Under the pieces are notes generated by a model. That model was given only the letters and a program-made list of their open reading frames with translations, was not told where the DNA came from and did no database searches. A stretch of DNA of 64,000 bases from Mytilus trossulus (taxonomy: Eukaryota), in assembly GCF_036588685.1 (NCBI RefSeq), contig NC_086384.1, forward strand, positions 17,050,001-17,114,000. The letters run 5' to 3'. This document shows positions 20,332 through 35,130 of this stretch, piece by piece. A program made the translations under genes and the position numbers. Each line of letters starts with the position of its first letter. The first letter of the stretch is position 1.

Positions 20332-23300
20332 ACTCAAACACCTGTGTGTTACAGTATATAAATACATGAATTCTTCAAAAACATCTTAGCTCTAAAGTTT
20401 TCAACGGTAGAATTTATCTTCCATTCCCCTAGTCTGACTTGTTATAATCGGGATTTTTGTTTAACAATAGACTTAGTTGTTACATTGTTACTTATGTATG
20501 GTTTCAGTTTGTAATCTTTTCTACTATAGTTAATGAAGAATGTTCATTGAAACAGATAAATTGTATCACTATTTTGTATATGATTTCAATGATTTAATGT
20601 AAATGTAATATATAGTATAGATTTTATTAGTGTTCATTGCAATGTGACAATCAAAACTTGAGAAAAACTATAAATATTTAAAAAGTCATTCATTGTATAC
20701 CATATGTGCCATAATTAACCTAGTGATACCAAACGTCTATAAATATTGTTGATTTTCATCTGTTATGTTATGCATGTTTTTCATGTACTAATAAGTAAAC
20801 AACAAAAATGTAAGACAGCCATTCGTTTTTGATGCGTTTTGTTTTTTGATTTTGCCATGTGATTATGGACTTTCCAAATTGATTTTCCTCTGAGTTCAGT
20901 ATTTTTGTGATTTTACTTTTTATATATATTGAGTTTTATTTTGAACAAAACATTAGATTATACAAATTCTAACAGGCATTTTTGTTATTCTAACAAATTT
21001 TGTATCATAAAAATGCTGTCTCATATCTAGAATTGCACGCACGAGTTTCCTAAAACGAAATATTTAGTGTTATAAAATGAAAAAAAACCATGAAGAAACT
21101 ATAACCTTAAAGTATGAGGACTATTTTAATTCAACGTCTTGTATCTTATTTTATCAAAACTGTTCATTACAGTATAAATCTCGTTAAATGCACTTCATTA
21201 TTATTTTTATTATGAATAATGCACATTAATGCTATCAAACTCATAGCATTTTAATTTTGATACCTGATTGTGCAATATTTAAAGATGCTGTAATGTTATA
21301 TGATATATCAATATAAATCATTTTTGAGATACCGGTTAATTTCAAGGTTGCCAAAAATTTGAAATCATATAAATAAAGTTATGAATACATTTTTTGTATG
21401 CCTTTAAGGATCGGATTGATTTTAGTTTGCTATTTTCACACAACTGTACCCTAAAAAAAATTCATACATTCAAACCCTTGCAAATCAAATATAAAATATG
21501 TAGCGTAGACGTTGTTGGAAAATTAATTTATGTTTCAGTACTTCTTACCATGGTAAATTATTCTAAATAAAGAAGTATTTGTATACCTTATTTTTAATAA
21601 AGATGTATGTGTATATTTTATTTTTTTTAATTTGGAAGTATCGAAACCTCTTAAATCTATTTTGATAGTTTCAAATTCTATACCTATATCAGCTAGATAA
21701 ACGATAAAAAAAATCGTCATAGGTTAAACTTTTGTGCGTTTGCTTCTAAAATGACTGCTCAGTGACGCTCAAAATAAAAAGAGTTAAAAAGGGCCGGACT
21801 AAGTACGAAGTCATAGCGCATTTTAGATTAACGCATTAATATCATTAGGTCTTTCTTTTAAGTTGGCTCATTGGTAACCATGCCACATCCCTAAAATAGA
21901 AGAATCAAATTTGTCAAGCACATAAATATCTGACTTTGCGGTATGGGTAGTGTTCATTGTTGAAGGTCGTACGGTGACCTATAGTTGTTAATTTTTGTGT
22001 CATTTGGGTCTCTTGTGGAGAGTTGTCTCATTTGCTATTAAATCACATTTTCTTTTTTATATATAAAATAATGATGTATGGTGAAATAATCAATAAAAAT
22101 AAAAGATCAATATGAATAATTAAAACATCTATTCTACCACGCTAAGTGATTGACTAAAACAAAATAGATGATTATAAACTGTTTATCAGACTAATTGTAT
22201 TTTCCGTTTGGAATATGATAATTCAATATGAAAATCGAATTTTTAATACTAGGAGTAATAATGAGGGCATTTTGTCCCTGAGATTAATATATCAGAAAAT
22301 GTATTTAACAACAACGCGAAACACGTTCTTTACTAAATGTCTGATTAACAGCTTTCTTTTGAAATATATGAAAGAAATTCATAGCATGTTTATAATTTAA
22401 TCAAGCTAGTTAAGCAATTTGAATTGTGATTTCATTTGTAGCATTGTAGTCTGTGAATGTTTTGTAAGGATAATTTATATTTATCAGAACACTTTTTAAA
22501 ATAAAAATACATAACAAGTTTTTATTTCTTTATTGTATTGTTTGATTTGCGCTTTGTCTGTGATAACTCTTTACATGTTTTTCTAAATAAAATATTTTCC
22601 CATTTTTTGCTTTACTCATTTTACTTTTGCCATGTTGATTTGATGTAGGAACATTCCCATACTGACAAAGTAAAGTGTCTCTCTAATTTGATACAATCTG
22701 TTTAACATACAGACCATGTGACCAAGCTTTGCTTACAAAAATCTGAAAACTCTCCGTCTCCTTTCTGTTTTAATGAACTTTCGAAATCCTCTTTTTTTTT
22801 CTCTCTGATTAATACAAACTTTCAAAAAATTGTAAGACTGGAATTTCATTGGCTGGTAATATAATTATAGAAAAGAAAGTAAAACCAAGTGTTGTCTGAT
22901 CCGTGTTAGCATGGACACAGGATCTGTATTCTAATTCGATTCTTCATTATTTTAAGTCTCTTTTCATTCATTAAAATTCCTTTTACATTCAACTGTATAT
23001 TGTCCTGGATCTCAATGTTTAATTTATAAGGTGTCTACATTTTCATGTTAAATAAACCAGGACTTATCATTTGTCATGGCGAGGAGAACTGCCATCTCAT
23101 CCATTAAAGCGTCAGAAAAACTTCAAAACTGATGACTTGAATCTTAAACATTTGGACTAATGGATCAATCGCTACATTGTTAGCTGCAAAACTTCTTCAA
23201 TGAAAATGCAAGCGCTGGATTATCGTATCATTAGACGCTGCTGACATGTTTCTAGAGGTGTATACTTCGTTTTAGGTGATAATTGAAAAATACTTTACAA

Positions 23301-23766
23301 ACATGGACTTCAATTTTTCCCTTGGTCAATGGAGAACACTGAGGTCACCCCTTTTATTCTTTTATTAAATATGTAGTTATGCTGCTTAATTGTTGTGTTG
23401 TGGTGATACATGTTCTGTCTTTTTTGCTGCGTGTGTGTATTTGCGCGTTTTGGTTGGCGTTGAAAGGTTAACAAGTTAATGAAACAGTTAAACTGTTCCA
23501 GCTTGGGGTCTTCAACCTATGACAACATTTGAAAATTTGTATTGAAACTATGCCTATAAACAAAATACAATAGCAGCCCCTACCTACCACAAACTTGTGA
23601 TTCTCCTATATGCAAACACGCATAATTGTGACACAAGTATGGACTTTTTTTTTAATACCATTTCATATTTAAAAATTGAAACCACAATTATATCATTGAT
23701 GCGTAAATAGAACAGATTTCAATGAATGGCACAACATGTTAGTTACTAAATAGTGTCCGTAAGTTA

Positions 23767-25455
23767 TTACTGAACATCGTATAAGAATACCTGACCATTA
23801 CTTCTACAAACTAACAATTGATTAAATTTATCACTGAACTGAACGCAATACGGACGATTGAGTCCACTGCTTGTGTCTAAGATACGTTTACTTTGTTGGC
23901 CGTCTGATGATATCAAGGTGATACCACCAGCATAATCAGCAACAAACACTACATCGTTTAATCCACATGTAATACCATATACTTTCGTTAGTAAATCATT
24001 TGTTACTGTCCACTGAGTGTTCCCTTGTCTATCACAACATACTACACGTTTTTCCCGTTCGATTGGATAATAAATCTGACCAAAACTTCCAACGCACAAA
24101 TGTGCTGTTGAAGTGCTTCTGAATTCGATGTCTGAGATAAATAATCCCGATACTGATAAAATTCTGATACTTATAGTTCCATTACGTATGAACAGTTTGT
24201 CGTCTTTGTATGCTATGCCATATACCTTCTCCTGAGACTCGTATATTGTGTCTAATTGCTCGTTTTCAGTATTAAAGGTACAAACTAACTTTTCTTCAAC
24301 TAACGAAATTGCAATCATATCATTATCCATATAGGTAATATCGAAAGGTGTCCATGGCAGTTTAAATTTTTTAATACGCTTCCCACTTTTATTATACATC
24401 AGAATTGTTTTGTTTGACTGATTTACCAACAATACGTCCCCACCAGGTAAAATCTCACACCCGGTCAACTTGCAATGCTCACTCTGAACTTTAAACGAAG
24501 TATTTTTCTTTAAGGTAATTGAGTGTATATCTGTAACATATTCTCTTCTTTTGCCAGGTAATATGATTTGAGCTTGTTTTTCTGTAGCAACATCTGTACA
24601 CACGGGACTGTCAAAAGTTTTGATGGAAATATCACCCCAAATTTTCACGTCTTTTGGCATCGATTTTAGACCATTTGATACTTTAAATTGTACATCAAAT
24701 GTTTTCATTTCAGGTTTAGTTTTAAGGTCTTTGATATATGAAAGTTCCCTTTCGACATCCTTTTCGATCTCATGAAGAGCTAAAAATATTTGTAAATCTG
24801 TGGCATGAATTTTCATCTGAATAATGTTTTCAATTGCTTTTTCAACGTTTTTAACTTTACTATCTATTATAGAAATAAAACCTTGAACTGTTGTCTTCAC
24901 CTCAAGCTGCTTCTCTTTTAAGTTCTTGGTCATTTCTAATTCCAAGGAGTCCAGATGAGAATTGATCTGTATCCTTAGATCTGCTATTGCTTTCAGGTAG
25001 GTTGTAGTTTTCTCGTCAATATGCTTTAAGTTACTTCTTTTTTCGTACCTTATCTTTTGAAAAATGGTTTGAATTTCAGACAAATTTTGCTCGATATTTG
25101 TTACAGATGACGATGTTTTTATATTTTGTACAACATCTCGAAGAGAATCGATCTCACATTTTTTATGATCTTGTTTTACACATTTGACACAGCATAGAGA
25201 AACATGGTTGGTGCAATAAAATTCATATTTCTCTTCGTGTATACTGCAGCGGTGTTTGATTTCTAGTGCATATTGCGGAAGCTTTTGGTAGTCTCTAATC
25301 GCTATTGTTTTATGATTCTTTGTTGATTTCCTACGGCTGTGAAGATCATCGCATTCGATACAAATAGCTTCTTCACATTCGGAACACCATGATGCTGCTG
25401 ATTTAGAGATATTCTGGAGTTGACAGACATCACATGAGGGTTCTGCTGTCGCCAT
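23767..25455 (-). CDS. RING-less TRIM-like protein 1 (B-box1, B-box2, coiled coil, NHL-like beta-propeller), 562 aa, single coding exon
   Basis: CDVC..C-SEC-EEAIC-IEC-DDLH..H; C-SIH..C..H..CC-VKC..H..C; heptad-rich middle; propeller repeats (PFDI, VYGI, PYCV). Splice acceptor caacag/GCCAGATG immediately upstream of Met. Confidence 0.93.
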   Translation of the reverse strand: MATAEPSCDVCQLQNISKSAASWCSECEEAICIECDDLHSRRKSTKNHKTIAIRDYQKLPQYALEIKHRCSIHEEKYEFYCTNHVSLCCVKCVKQDHKKCEIDSLRDVVQNIKTSSSVTNIEQNLSEIQTIFQKIRYEKRSNLKHIDEKTTTYLKAIADLRIQINSHLDSLELEMTKNLKEKQLEVKTTVQGFISIIDSKVKNVEKAIENIIQMKIHATDLQIFLALHEIEKDVERELSYIKDLKTKPEMKTFDVQFKVSNGLKSMPKDVKIWGDISIKTFDSPVCTDVATEKQAQIILPGKRREYVTDIHSITLKKNTSFKVQSEHCKLTGCEILPGGDVLLVNQSNKTILMYNKSGKRIKKFKLPWTPFDITYMDNDMIAISLVEEKLVCTFNTENEQLDTIYESQEKVYGIAYKDDKLFIRNGTISIRILSVSGLFISDIEFRSTSTAHLCVGSFGQIYYPIEREKRVVCCDRQGNTQWTVTNDLLTKVYGITCGLNDVVFVADYAGGITLISSDGQQSKRILDTSSGLNRPYCVQFSDKFNQLLVCRSNGQVFLYDVQ

Positions 25456-28400
25456 CTGGCCTGTTGAAACGGATATTAAAAAAAATATAGAAAAAGAAAA
25501 CATTTTCATAAGAACAATTTTCAAAAAAACACAATGGAATTCTAACTTTGTAATGCATAAACTGTAGGCAAGCGCCTAAATATTTTATTGCGCTGTAAAC
25601 ATATATGACTATGTATAAAAAAGAAGATGTGGTGTGATTGCCGATGAGACACATCTCCATAAGGGACCAAATGAAACAGAAATTAACAACTATAGTTCAC
25701 TGTTCGTCCGTAAATACTGAGCAAAGCCCAAATTGCATTTTTAGTAAGTTATTAAAGGCCCTAAAATGACAATCTAAAAACAATTCAAACGAAAAAACTA
25801 ACGACATTATTTAATGCCAAAAAATTGAACGAAAATCAACGATGTAACACTTTTAAACAAACATCAGCAACCGAATTACAGGTTCCTGACTTGGAACATG
25901 CATGTTGGTAAACTGTCTGTTTCAGTATGTAGACAGGACTAACATGTTAGTAAGAGAAAAAATAACGCTGTATAAATATTGTGCACCTAAGGTCTTTCAT
26001 TGAAAGGATACTAAACAGTGATGGCGCTAAGACTACCACTTTGTTTTCAGTAAAAAAAAAACAATTATTGTCTGTTTTTAATTAAAGTATTGATTACGAT
26101 AAAATTAAGAAAAACTATCAATAACTATAATATAGGCGCAGGAAACACGTAATGTTCGTACAAAAATACTTTAGAATTTGTTTTAATTTACTTATATATG
26201 GACAGTTTTTCTGCTGGTAATATTTAGTCCATAATGTTAAAATCGACACATATCTTCTTCGTTTTTGACGTACTTGATTGATCTACTTTAGGGGGAGGAA
26301 GTAAATTATTGATACCAGTTTATATTCTTAATCGTTGTTCTTTATTCAGTGTCTATGTACTAACTTTTGTTAATGAATGGATACCTGAAGCATGTGTGCA
26401 ATAGTGGCCTTGAAATTCCACTGCCATGATCGTCTGAATTTGAAACATTTCTTTACTAAATCCTTGGTATAATAATTAATAAAACAAAATTCTAGATATA
26501 GGTTTAAGTTTAGTTGCTCGCAGTAACTTTTTTTCTTTTCTAGTAACACAGATAGTAAGATTGTCATATCAAGGAGCGTATAGAACAGTAAAAAGTAAAT
26601 CACAAAAATACTGAACTGAGAAAATCAATTCGGAAAGTCCATAATAACATGGCAAAATCAAATATCAAAACGCATAAAAAACGAATGGACAAGAACTGTC
26701 ATATTCCTGACTTGGTTTTAAAACTATAACTGAAATTACAATAAAAACCCTTTCAAAGTTCGAATTTAAAATATGACAGATCACAATTTCGGTTTGGATT
26801 CAAGCCCACATTACGTTCAAGTTTATCAATTATTATTACAAATCAATAAAAAGTCTTTGTTATCAGTTTATGTAATGTGCGAATCCTGAAATGCCATTTT
26901 CACTGTATCCGTGATGAATTACTCATGTAGAATGATAAATAGATATAAGACAAATTCACGATTTTTTAATAAAATAAGAAATAATAAACAATATGTACTG
27001 GTTTCATAAATTCATGATAAATGTATTTGATGCGGACCCTAAAGCTATCCAGGTATAAAATTGATACACTGATAGATAAGTATTAAGAATAGTTATCGAA
27101 CAGAGTGTACAAGAGTTTTAAAAGTAGCAGTCAAGTTTCGTTTGTAGAAAAATGTACCTTTTAACATGATTAATAATGTAGTATAACTTAAAACAGGCTT
27201 TGTTGTTCAGCTTGTTGATATTCCAATTTGTTGTTCTTTTAATGCAATTCATGTTTACTGTTGAATAACGATATCAAAATTTCATTTTCACTACAGAGCA
27301 ATTCATTACTGTTGTATATGCGATGCATTTTCACAAACGGATTTTAATACATTCTCATCATCTAAAGTCGTAATTTAGCCGACTTTCTAACAGAATTTAT
27401 GAAGTCAGAAGGATTGATTATATATGCATACTTTGTGAGTAAAAGTCTGAAGTAATATATCAATAAATACCGTAAAAATGGCATTTATTGCTCATTGTTG
27501 AAGACCGTACGGTTACCTATAGTTGTTAATAGCTGTGTCATTTACATTGAGCCAAAGTCACTTGTATTTTTTTCCATGCAAAATAACCTGTAAATTTTTC
27601 AAGGGAAATTAACTTGTAATTTTTACCAGGGCCAATCAAAAACAATCCTTTTTTACGCAGTGATCCGAACCTGCTAAGAGGGTTAGGGTCCTCCCCCCGG
27701 CCCCTAGGACATTTTTGAAAATGATTCTTAACTTATTTTCTACAATAACAAGTGGTTTACGATTTCGGTCTAAATATACAGAACATACTTAAGACTTGCT
27801 TGCTTGGTTTGTATTCATGTTTGCCTAGGAATTGTAATTGAGATAGAGCACACATTTATACTAAAAAAGCAAAAAAAGACATCCAAACCGTTTATTACAA
27901 GCATTATGAAAATAGCGCTTATAGATGCATCTATGAAAATCAAACTTAAGAGAAGTCGCATAAAGATCTTCATTTCACGACTGATGAGTGGTAACGTTGT
28001 CGTCTAGCACAAACAATTGCTATACATTTGACGTCTGGATGGCGGTATAATTATTTTTTTTAATTTCAATTTTATGTACATCTTATACAGTAAAGAAAGT
28101 TCGAGCAACAATCGATTCACCTTGATATATGTTTGAATTTCTCATAACTATGTTCTAAATGTTTTACTTAAGAACGGTACAGAACTATTGCAAAAAAAAA
28201 ATAAAAAATAAAATTAAGTACAGAAAAAATATTTAAGAACAGAACACAATATCCGAATTCTACCATAAGTTGGTTATACCCGTGTATATTCAAGTAATCA
28301 TCTACAACCAGCTTGCTTTTTTAAATAACATCAGTATTAAAGTAATTTTTTAAGACTATTTTCAGTTGTTGCATGTCGAATTATCATATCAAATGATAAT

Positions 28401-29859
28401 AAAAATTCATCGCACCTGCAAAAATTCCACATCAGAAATGATTGCACTTTCAGTGATAATTCATCGCAACTATAGTTAAAATGAATAGCATCCAGTCAAC
28501 GATATTATGGATTCAGCTGCTTTATACACTTTTTTGGACTTTAATCTTGTGATTATACATAAGAAACTTATATTCTTATTTAATTGTGTTAAAACATACA
28601 TTTAAATTCCTTTTATTTTCAAAAAATAAACAAACGCAATTTTTCCCCGTCATCCTGTATTCTAAAATACTAGACATACTCGCATATAACAGTGAAAATG
28701 AACAAACTGGATTCGCATTTTATATACAATGGCAGTAATATTGTATAAATGCATCGTGTATAGAATCACTTAATTCTTTCAAATATTTTACTTCATATGT
28801 AATGATTTAGTGTGGTGTGTTCTAGAATTGAAAATATGTCTAAATTGTACAGCTCACAATATTAGCAGCAGAATTCCATCCTCAAATTCAAAAGGAAGCT
28901 ATCTTGGAATAATGATTTCTTTATAGTTTGTTATTGATTTGAAATAAAACCACTTAATCAACCTGATTTTATTGTCTAAATCTTACATGTCTGACATGGT
29001 AAGGCGAAGAAGAGCCCGCAAACATGTTTAACTCGTGATAAGTAATGTTTTTAAAATAACATTATAAACCAACATATTATAAGTACAAACAAATTTGTCC
29101 ATTTAAATGGACTGAAATAAAACTTGGTATTTTATATCATATACATTCTTATGACACAATAAACTGCAAAATGTCGTAGTTACTGTGAGCATTTTCGATA
29201 AATGACACATCCAAATGTTCTTTATATAATATAATGGGATCCCACCTTTTAAACCGCCAAAGTATTCCATTTGCATATTTTACCCATCTTATTTATAACC
29301 AAAATCAAGAACTCGTTATACAACTACTCTCACTAACCAGTCTTGAACTTATAAATAGTATAACTATACCACACAGGGGAAAACCCAAGTCTCATGGAAA
29401 ACAAATGTAATTCTGTTTGTCAGGCTTTGGAAATTCTTCAGTTACATGGTTTTGTTAACTCAGGGACAACACTAGCAGTTCATAATTTTTTACGAATACT
29501 TCTCCCCCCTTTTTGAAACTTATGTTCAAACTAACTGATCGGTCGGTTTGAAATTGGACTTCAACAAATCATTCATATGTATTTTGATATATGAAGGTAA
29601 TATCAATGTTTTATCAACATATATTCTTTGTTTTCAATTTAATCAGAGCAATCGAATAAAAATTCTTATTTTAGATTTAATCTCATGTCATACACAATTA
29701 ATGATTGTCATATTATATATATGAAAGGAATAAAGCCCTAAGGGTGTAAAGAAAGAAAGGTCACATATGACTAAATTTAAAAGTGATAACATCTAAGTGT
29801 CGGTTAGTGTATAGAAAGGTACATACTATGAACATTAGAGTACCTTTCTTTAGAACACC

Positions 29860-32150
29860 CCTTATCGTCCAATGAAAAGTCAGTTTTTTGCCCTCTAACT
29901 TTCATAGTACATGATTTTCCGTGCACTATGAAATACTATACATGAATGACTTTTCATTGTCAGTTAATTACGAAAGTAAACTCTTTTAAAATAGCTGCAC
30001 TAACGAAAAAAGTAAAAACACAAAAATACGGAACTCCGAGGAAAATTCAAAAAGGAAAATCCAAAATCAAAAGGCAAAATCAAAAGTCCAAACACATCAA
30101 ACGAATGGATAACAACTGTCAAATTCCTGACTTGGTACAGGCATTTTCTAATGTAGAAAATGGTGGATTAAAACTGGTTTTATAGCTAGCTAAACCTCTC
30201 ACTTGTATGACAGTCGCATCAAATTCCATTACATTGTCAACGATGTATGAACAAATAAACATACTCAAAGAGTAAAAATGTCAAAAATAGGGGTACAGCA
30301 GTCAGTATTGTGTTATCATCTTAATATCACTATAAAAACAACAAATGTAACAAAGAAGCACAAAAAGGCATACATCAAATTTAACATACTCATTTTGCTT
30401 TTCTTATACGACTTAATTTATCTAGGTAAAGTCTACTCGTAAAGGATAGAAGGTTTTCATTACTGATGTAAAATTGCGCGTTTGAAATTCGCACAGGTAG
30501 ACAGAAGTGTACGATCCCGTAAGACATTTTCCTTGGGAAAACAGCCTACTGATTAATGATGAAAGAGCAAAGATTAAAATAAAAATATTTTGAATTTTGT
30601 AAAATTTCATGCATTTGCTAATGGCACACATATATAGAATAAACAAAACAAAAAACAACAATACCATACTGCTGATATATAAAGCAAATGATTGTTTTTG
30701 AAGAAACACAATACATTTAAATTTATCAATAACAAGTAAGCATTTAATGTTGAATAATCTGATTTCAAATATTCATACAGAGAGTTTTATATTTATAAAA
30801 AAAATAAGATTTTAAACAGGAAATTTATATAACATCGTGTTGCTATTTAAAATTTATAAAAAACTAAAGGTTTATAAGTATTAAATTGTACCTGAAGCAG
30901 AAGAAAAACAATTTATCCATCACAAACTATGTCAGTGCTATTTGATTTCATCCATTGAAATGATCATTACCTATGTTTTATATTTTAGTTCATTATAAAA
31001 AGTAAACTCTTATTTAGGTTTAAATATTACAACGGCAAAAAACTGACTTTACATTGGACGAGACGGGGTGATTATGTTCTTAAATTTAGTTCCTTATAAA
31101 AAGTGAACTCTTATTTAGGTTTGAATATTACAACTGGAAAGGATAGTTTTGTAAGGTCACTCGAAAGTGTGAATATGTTCTAAATTGGTATTGTCTAACT
31201 ATGAATACACTATCCGATTTAGCACATATTTACAACTTGAGTAATCCTGTAATTAGTCTATTGATATGTTATGGATGACTAGCTGTAGCTCATTTACGTA
31301 GTTTTGTAAATCTACTCACTGTTATCGTTGTAAGATATTGACTCCAGAATGAAAACATTGTAGTTGCTGGTGTAAGTATGTTTATTGGTATATTTGTATA
31401 AAACTGTGTTTTACTATACATGATATTTTTTTAAACCTATAGATAGTTTGCAGTGGCAGATCCCGAAAGAGGTGGTGGAAAACGCTTATTTTTTGGGATG
31501 TTCAATGCTTTGAATAAGAACATACAGTTGAACCCCTCCCCCTTAATTTTGGTCGGAACCCCTTTAAAAATTAAAAACGGATCTGCCTCTTTTATGCACC
31601 GAAAGGTAGTCTAGTGAATAGTTTACATGCATGACATATCTGTCACTTGACATTAAGCATCCAATAACCAATCAATTCATGACGAAATAGATCAAATTGC
31701 TTTTATTTCCCTGTACAAGGTTTCATGGTTCACTCTATTTTTGGGTACAAAGTCATTACACGGAAGATAATATAAATGATTACAGTTTTAGATGGCATTG
31801 TCCTAAAATCAAGTCATAAAGAACTACATGTGTTACTCTTTATTTAATTGAAACACAATAATATTTTATTTGTCAAAAATATTTTTGATCCAAAGATGAA
31901 ATAGATGGATGTTTAAAAATTTATTTGAAAACTAGTTTATACAAACTATTTAGTTTAATTTGGAATACAACATTTTTTTTAAATAGTCAGTAGCAATTTG
32001 TATTTCAATATCTTCAAGATAAGATAATCTTGATTACGATACAATGAAAACTTATCCTTGTTGTCATTCATGCGTAGTTACTTAGTACACGAAAAGTATG
32101 TACTATGAAAGTTAGAAGGCAAATTCAACCAATTTGATTGAACGAAAAGT
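29860..32150. mobile_element. Non-autonomous DNA transposon-like segment bounded by ~90 bp inverted repeats
   Basis: 29860-29950 (tgccctctaactttcatagtacat...catgaatgac) is the reverse complement of 32063-32150. Confidence 0.55.
30113..30216 (-). ncRNA. Twister-like ribozyme, second repeat family
   Basis: Reverse complement ACUGUCA/UGACAGU closing stem; GUGA-GAGGU; UAA-UCC-AC-CAUUUUCUA CAU UAGAAAAUG-CCUG-UACCAAGU-CAGG. Confidence 0.65.
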
Positions 32151-35034
32151 TTTAAGTATGTGCTCACTAGAAGTATAGTATTTATATTAAACATTTAATT
32201 GGTGCATGTATATAGATTGTACCACTGCATCGATTGTGATACGATATATATTCACTCGTGACAGTTCATTTTTTAAATTAAAAATGCTAGGCTGGCCGAG
32301 CGTTATAAATAGCTGTCAAGAGTGTATACATGTCGTATTACACAAGATATATTTCGTATTACATGAGATATGATGGTGAAATCTGTTTCTCTAATGATTT
32401 TTAAACAATATACTGGCGAACAATTACTTCTGTTCAAATGATCAGCAACAGGATGTGTTCTTTCTATGTGACGTTACAGGTATGGCCGCCTTTTTTCATG
32501 TTGCAACTATGGGAAAGTTAGAGGAAAGTTTGAAAATTCGACGTCATAATCATATTTCGACCAATGACGAACTGCGATCAAACGAACCATACGTTGATTA
32601 AATAAAAATAATCAACATGTCAGGAAAAGAAAAAAATCGCGTAAGAATTAGAGAAAATTGCATAAAGTCTAGAAGTAACTAGTTATTGGTAATATCATTG
32701 ACATTTTTTGTTAAAGATAACTCTGGAAACTGATCAAATCAATCATAAACAGTTTGGTATATAACTTCGAATGAGCATTCAATATTACTAAGTTTTGTAG
32801 CATTTGAAATCGTTTGTGGGATCAAATGAGCAATAAATAGATGAAAATCATTGAAATTATAAGTTTATATTATAATTTCAGTATTTCGTATTTAAATAGA
32901 TGTAGGGTCATGTGACTCGACATATTTGCATTGAGGTAGATAACGCAATAAAAATATGCTTTGAAATAAAAGGGAGGTAAATACCTAATTTTACAAATCA
33001 TGGGTTGTGTCTTTTTTGATAGTTTCAAAAATTCTAGAACATACGTGCGAAATCGCGGGCATTAGAGCTTGTAATATTTTGTGTCTGGAGAATTTCAGTC
33101 AAATCTCTTATCTGGAAAATTTCAAAAAAGGTATCAAAGTTCTTAGGTCCTTGGAAACATTTTAAATCCTCTCCCTTGTTTCCAAAGTCCAAAGTTCTTT
33201 TTTTCTGTCAAATTCCATTATTTTCGCGTTTCTGTATACTATGAACATACGTATACTATTAAAAGAAAAGTATATTTGCTATTAACTGAAACAACATCTC
33301 TAATGCGCCATGAAATGAGGAACGTGTAAAGAAAAAATCACTGTGTAGTGATATTGGACATGTTTCTATTTTTAACAAATGACTGAACTTTATTATTGGT
33401 GGTGATTAGAAAAGAAGAGGAACATAGAATACATATGTAAAAACTATAAAGCTATTGAATGTGTTCAAAGTATTAAATTTTCAAAGAAATTATTGTGTTG
33501 AAAAGGGGATATTTTACCACAAGGAGCCGCATCACAACAGGATGTTCGGGGTTTGCTTATTTACGGGAAAAGTTATCTCACTTCGTACCCCGAAAATTTA
33601 ACCACACATGTGAAATGTTACAGCTTCGAAACGAGCCATCACACATATCCAAGTTAACGATATGGACTGAGCAACAGAAGAAAACGTTACCATTACGGCC
33701 TATGTAAAAACAATTAAAGATTTTGACCCAACTATGAATTTGATCTCCTGGAAAATCACTGCTATATTATTTAGAGAATTCCTATTAACGCAATAATTAT
33801 TGTCCTGTCCTCGAGTACTCTTATGAAATTTATGTGAAAGTTTAAAAGCGGTAGTTATGTTTGACTTACATTTAAAAGCGAAATTGCGGACATTTTAAGC
33901 TTGGTTGAAAGTATGTTAACTATTTAAGCTGAATTTTTGTAAAAAATAATTATGTCTGGAGAATTTAAGAAATGATATCAAATGTCATAAAGGTACATGG
34001 AGACAGGAAAGTATTTCTAAGCCCTCTTTTTTCAAATTCCGCTATCATTTTGTTTTCTGTTATATTCCCCGGTAGTCACGTCTGACTTAACAGTCGGTTT
34101 GATGACGAAAACTCAGTGCTATATTATATAGACAGTCTCTATATATTATCGTAGTATTAATCATAGTATACATGTAAATAAACGCAAAAATAACTGTTCT
34201 TTCCACGTCCGAGATCTTCTGAAAACTATGTTTAAAAGTTAAAACCGAAGTATAAAAGTAGTGGTTCTTCCGATATCAAAAAACCACGATAAGGACAACG
34301 CTCTGATTGGCTTGTTTATTTTTCATTTTTGTTATCTATCATACGATTGGTTCTAAATGGTTTTAAACCGGAAGTATGTGTGATATGAAAGACGGATTGA
34401 TAACGGAAGCAATATTCGGACGCATTAACTTTCGTTTTTCTCCCAAATTAACCCAAACTGAATAGTCATAAGAATGGATGACAAATGGGTAGATAGATAG
34501 TTTATTCTCATAAAACCATGCAAGTACAAAGGTTACATAGAGTTGGAAAATAATATACATAAAAAACAAATTATGCATTTAAAATGCATAAAATTCAAAA
34601 ATTTCGGATGAGATAACATATTAAAGAATATATATATATTTTGATAGTCAAGTGTAATAGTTAAAATTGTATAAAGAAATACTTTCTATAAGTATAGTGC
34701 GACTATGTATTGTACCTGAGGCATGATGATTAACTCGTCGTGAGAGGAAGAGAAACGACACACAAAATGAGGTCTTCTCGTTTAATAGTATAGATACTGT
34801 TAAAAATAAAAGACGATATACAAATGAAAATTAAATAATGTAGACGAACAGAGACCTGTTTATTTGAAGTACTATACCGTATATGATATGTATGATGAAT
34901 GTCTTTATGATTGACTAAAAAAGACAAAGTGGCGTATTCACAGATTAGTGCTTACTCGTTATATATTCTTTTTCGATTCATCATCTTGAAAATGATGTAA
35001 ATCTCAATATCACGTACATGTAAAGTTAACTTAC

Positions 35035-35130
35035 CCAGTAGATTGTATTCATGAAACCGACAATAATAAACGAAAAGGTCTAGCCGACTACGACAAGGAA
35101 GTGCAATATCATGTGATAGCATTTGTTATC
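35035..35130 (-). other. Putative non-coding first exon of TRIM-like gene 1
   Basis: Donor TGG/gtaagt at 35034; ~100 bp homologous to 48902-49005, which has TGG/gtaaga upstream of gene 2. Confidence 0.6.

Noticed and set aside
25456-25524. Hydrophobic N-terminal extension (signal-peptide-like) of the 585-aa ORF
   Set aside because: It is the translated polypyrimidine tract of the intron; the paralogs all begin at MATA after an AG acceptor.
27976-28045. CTGATGAG as another hammerhead
   Set aside because: No stem II followed by GAAA and no stem I partner.
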